From a virus, in the IMG/VR virus record IMGVR_UViG_3300045988_062519, positions 1 to 5,860 of that record: 5,860 nt of DNA. One strand, given 5' to 3'. The notes under the pieces are model-generated. The model worked only from the letters and a program-made list of their open reading frames with translations, searched no databases and was not told the DNA's origin. Within the stretch, counting starts at the first letter, position 1. Each line of letters opens with the position of its first letter. The translations under genes and the position numbers were made by a program. Shown here one piece after another: positions 4,517 through 5,860 of the stretch.

Positions 4517-5358
4517 TATTCATCTCCCCTTCTTTCTTTCCATCGTTCGTATGTGTTGGCTTTTACCTCTGGTTTTTTTGGTGCTGCACCTGATATTCCA
4601 TCTACCTTTTTTCCGCTTGTATTGTCTTTGCTTAGCCAGTTTTTTAGTTCAGATCCGTTTGGTACGTGGCTCCAGTCGGTTCCGTAGCTCTGTGTACTAC
4701 CGCCCATGCTGTATCCGCTCGAATTTGTTTTACTCCAGCTTTCTGTTTTGCTCCATCCTGGCAACGGCTGTTGTGGTGTTGGCATTCCTGCGCTTTGCGT
4801 TCCAACGGTTGGATTGTTGATGCTTTGTGCGTGGATCGTGCCTTGTGCACTGGTTGGCGTGCTTGCTCCCCCTTGTGTGTATGCTAGGATCGGGTTTAGT
4901 CCAGCTTTTTCCATGTCTGCTCTTGCTCTTTGGTAGCTTGTGTTTGACATCCTTTCAGACCATGCTCTTGATTTTTCTGCTTCTGTGCTGTTGTAATTCA
5001 TTGCTGCGTTCTGGCTGATCTGATTGTATATGCCTTGCATGATGCTTCCAAACGTGTTTGCTCCCAGACTCATGAGCAGATTTTTGTTGTTTTGCTGTGC
5101 TTGTGCGCTTTGCCCGGCCATTGCTTGATTCCATAGATTTTGATTCATTGTTGCAGCTTGATTGTAGTCTACTCCGCTTTCTCCTTTGCTCTGGCTTTCT
5201 CCGCTGCTCTCGTTTCCGCTTTGCTGCCAGCTGTTTCCGCCTCCGCTTACTCCTTTGAATGCGTTCATTAGCTGCGCTCCGGAACTTACAATGCCGCTTA
5301 TTCCGCCTGCAACTTTTCCGATTGCGCCTAGTGCTCCCATGATTTCTGCTAGTGCCAT
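4516..5358 (-). CDS. VP2: Minor capsid / DNA pilot protein VP2 (phiX174 H analogue), 280 aa
   Basis: It has a G/A/S-rich N-terminus (MALAEIMGALGAIGKVAGGISGIVSSGAQ) and a Q/N/S-rich body. The conserved core SNTSYQRARADMEKAGLNPILAY is typical of gokushovirus VP2. It sits directly after VP1. Confidence 0.88.
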   Translation of the reverse strand: MALAEIMGALGAIGKVAGGISGIVSSGAQLMNAFKGVSGGGNSWQQSGNESSGESQSKGESGVDYNQAATMNQNLWNQAMAGQSAQAQQNNKNLLMSLGANTFGSIMQGIYNQISQNAAMNYNSTEAEKSRAWSERMSNTSYQRARADMEKAGLNPILAYTQGGASTPTSAQGTIHAQSINNPTVGTQSAGMPTPQQPLPGWSKTESWSKTNSSGYSMGGSTQSYGTDWSHVPNGSELKNWLSKDNTSGKKVDGISGAAPKKPEVKANTYERWKERRGDE

Positions 5359-5384
5359 ATAAAAATAGCCCGGAAAACCGGGCT
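5359..5384 (-). terminator. Intrinsic-terminator-like hairpin between VP1 and VP2
   Basis: Coding strand reads AGCCCGG TTTT CCGGGCT (5384-5367) followed by ATTTTTAT (5366-5359), then the VP2 ATG. The only SD for VP2 (AAAGGAGGA, ~5385-5393) lies upstream of the hairpin. Confidence 0.6.
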
Positions 5385-5394
5385 TCCTCCTTTC

Positions 5395-5860
5395 TTAGAG
5401 CTTTTCCAGACCTGGCACGCTGTATAGCGGCATCGGTCGTGTTGTTGTGTTTTTAACCATAATGTCTGCAATGAACTGTGGTTCGTTCTGCACTGCGAGT
5501 GTTCGCTGGATTTCGTTTTTACCTTCTTTGATCCATTCGTCCGACAAAAACGGCCTGCTTTCATAGTTGTCGCCATAATGCCAGCTATCCAGAGTTCCTT
5601 TTGCGTTGCTTCTGAATTTCCCGCATACTCTGTTAGGTTTCATTCTGTATTCAGCCCATGCCTCTTGGTAGCCGAATACGTCTTCTTCTTCTTCTGCTGC
5701 TTCTGAGCTTGCATAGATCTCTCTCAACTTTATCGCCTGTTCGCCTAAATTTGCGAACTGCGGGAAATAATAGTCGAGTGTATCTTGTCTGCTCCAAAAG
5801 CGTTCAATTCCTTGCTGGTAGGTTCTATCATGACGCACGCACATAACACCAATTACGAAG
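5395..5860 (-). CDS. VP1: Major capsid protein VP1, C-terminal part (5742-5860 duplicates 1-119)
   Basis: Track ORF 5395-5844 reads ...CVRHDRTYQQGIERFWSRQDTLDYYFPQFANLGEQAIKLREIY...WAEYRMKPNRVCGKFRS...LDSWHYGDNY...MPLYSVPGLEKL. This is the typical microvirus capsid C-terminus. Its listed M is internal, because the frame continues upstream through the junction. Confidence 0.95.
   Translation of the reverse strand, partial: FVIGVMCVRHDRTYQQGIERFWSRQDTLDYYFPQFANLGEQAIKLREIYASSEAAEEEEDVFGYQEAWAEYRMKPNRVCGKFRSNAKGTLDSWHYGDNYESRPFLSDEWIKEGKNEIQRTLAVQNEPQFIADIMVKNTTTRPMPLYSVPGLEKL
5742..5860. repeat. Terminal redundancy (right copy) from linearising a circular assembly
   Basis: Identical to 1-119. 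It lies inside the capsid ORF, so it is not a biological repeat. Confidence 0.95.

Larger units (their letters stand above)
1..5741 (-). other. Complete circular Microviridae (gokushovirus-like) genome unit, 5741 nt; coding strand is the minus strand of the window
   Basis: Bases 1-119 repeat exactly at 5742-5860. The capsid reading frame closes across that junction. The full microvirus core set is present (VP1, VP2, VP3, VP4), all in one orientation. Confidence 0.93.

Noticed and set aside
420-5846. All plus-strand track ORFs: 420-686, 1354-1638, 1696-1947, 1910-2143, 2425-2823, 2471-2713, 3985-4218, 4415-4687, 4551-4820, 4666-4887, 4706-4936, 4827-5018 and 5658-5846
   Set aside because: Each lies antisense to a well-supported minus-strand gene. 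Their compositions are F/L/C/S-rich and typical of shadow frames. For example, the hydrophobic 1354-1638 product is simply the antisense of the K/E/N-rich VP3 tail. Many rely on TTG/GTG starts, and where I checked they lack SD sequences. Microvirus genes are all encoded on one strand.

Overview
The window holds one complete circular ssDNA microvirus genome (family Microviridae, gokushovirus-like) plus an assembly overlap. Bases 1-119 are identical to 5742-5860, so the true unit is 5741 nt. All credible genes lie on the minus strand, so the window is the reverse complement of the coding strand.

Reading the minus strand around the circle from a ~400-nt non-coding control region (3094-3493), the genes are:
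- a 46-aa single-TM holin-like ORF (not in the ORF track)
- a 130-aa M15-family zinc peptidase (endolysin-like)
- a 37-aa ORF (not in the track)
- an 87-aa helical ORF
- a 39-aa highly basic ORF (not in the track; J/VP8-like DNA-binding candidate)
- an 80-aa conserved small protein
- VP3, the internal scaffold (152 aa)
- VP1, the major capsid (573 aa; GTG start; spans the circular junction, so it is missing from the track)
- VP2, the pilot/minor capsid protein (280 aa)
- VP4, the HUH replication initiator (340 aa)

Every gene has a purine-rich Shine-Dalgarno sequence, and most junctions overlap or abut.

The most interesting content is:
- an apparent holin plus endolysin lysis cassette in a microvirus
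- a small accessory module of unknown ORFs
- a structured control region with an iteron-like array, two large hairpins and sigma-70/sigmaA-type promoters
- a terminator hairpin placed between the SD and the start codon of VP2

All plus-strand ORFs in the track look like antisense shadows.
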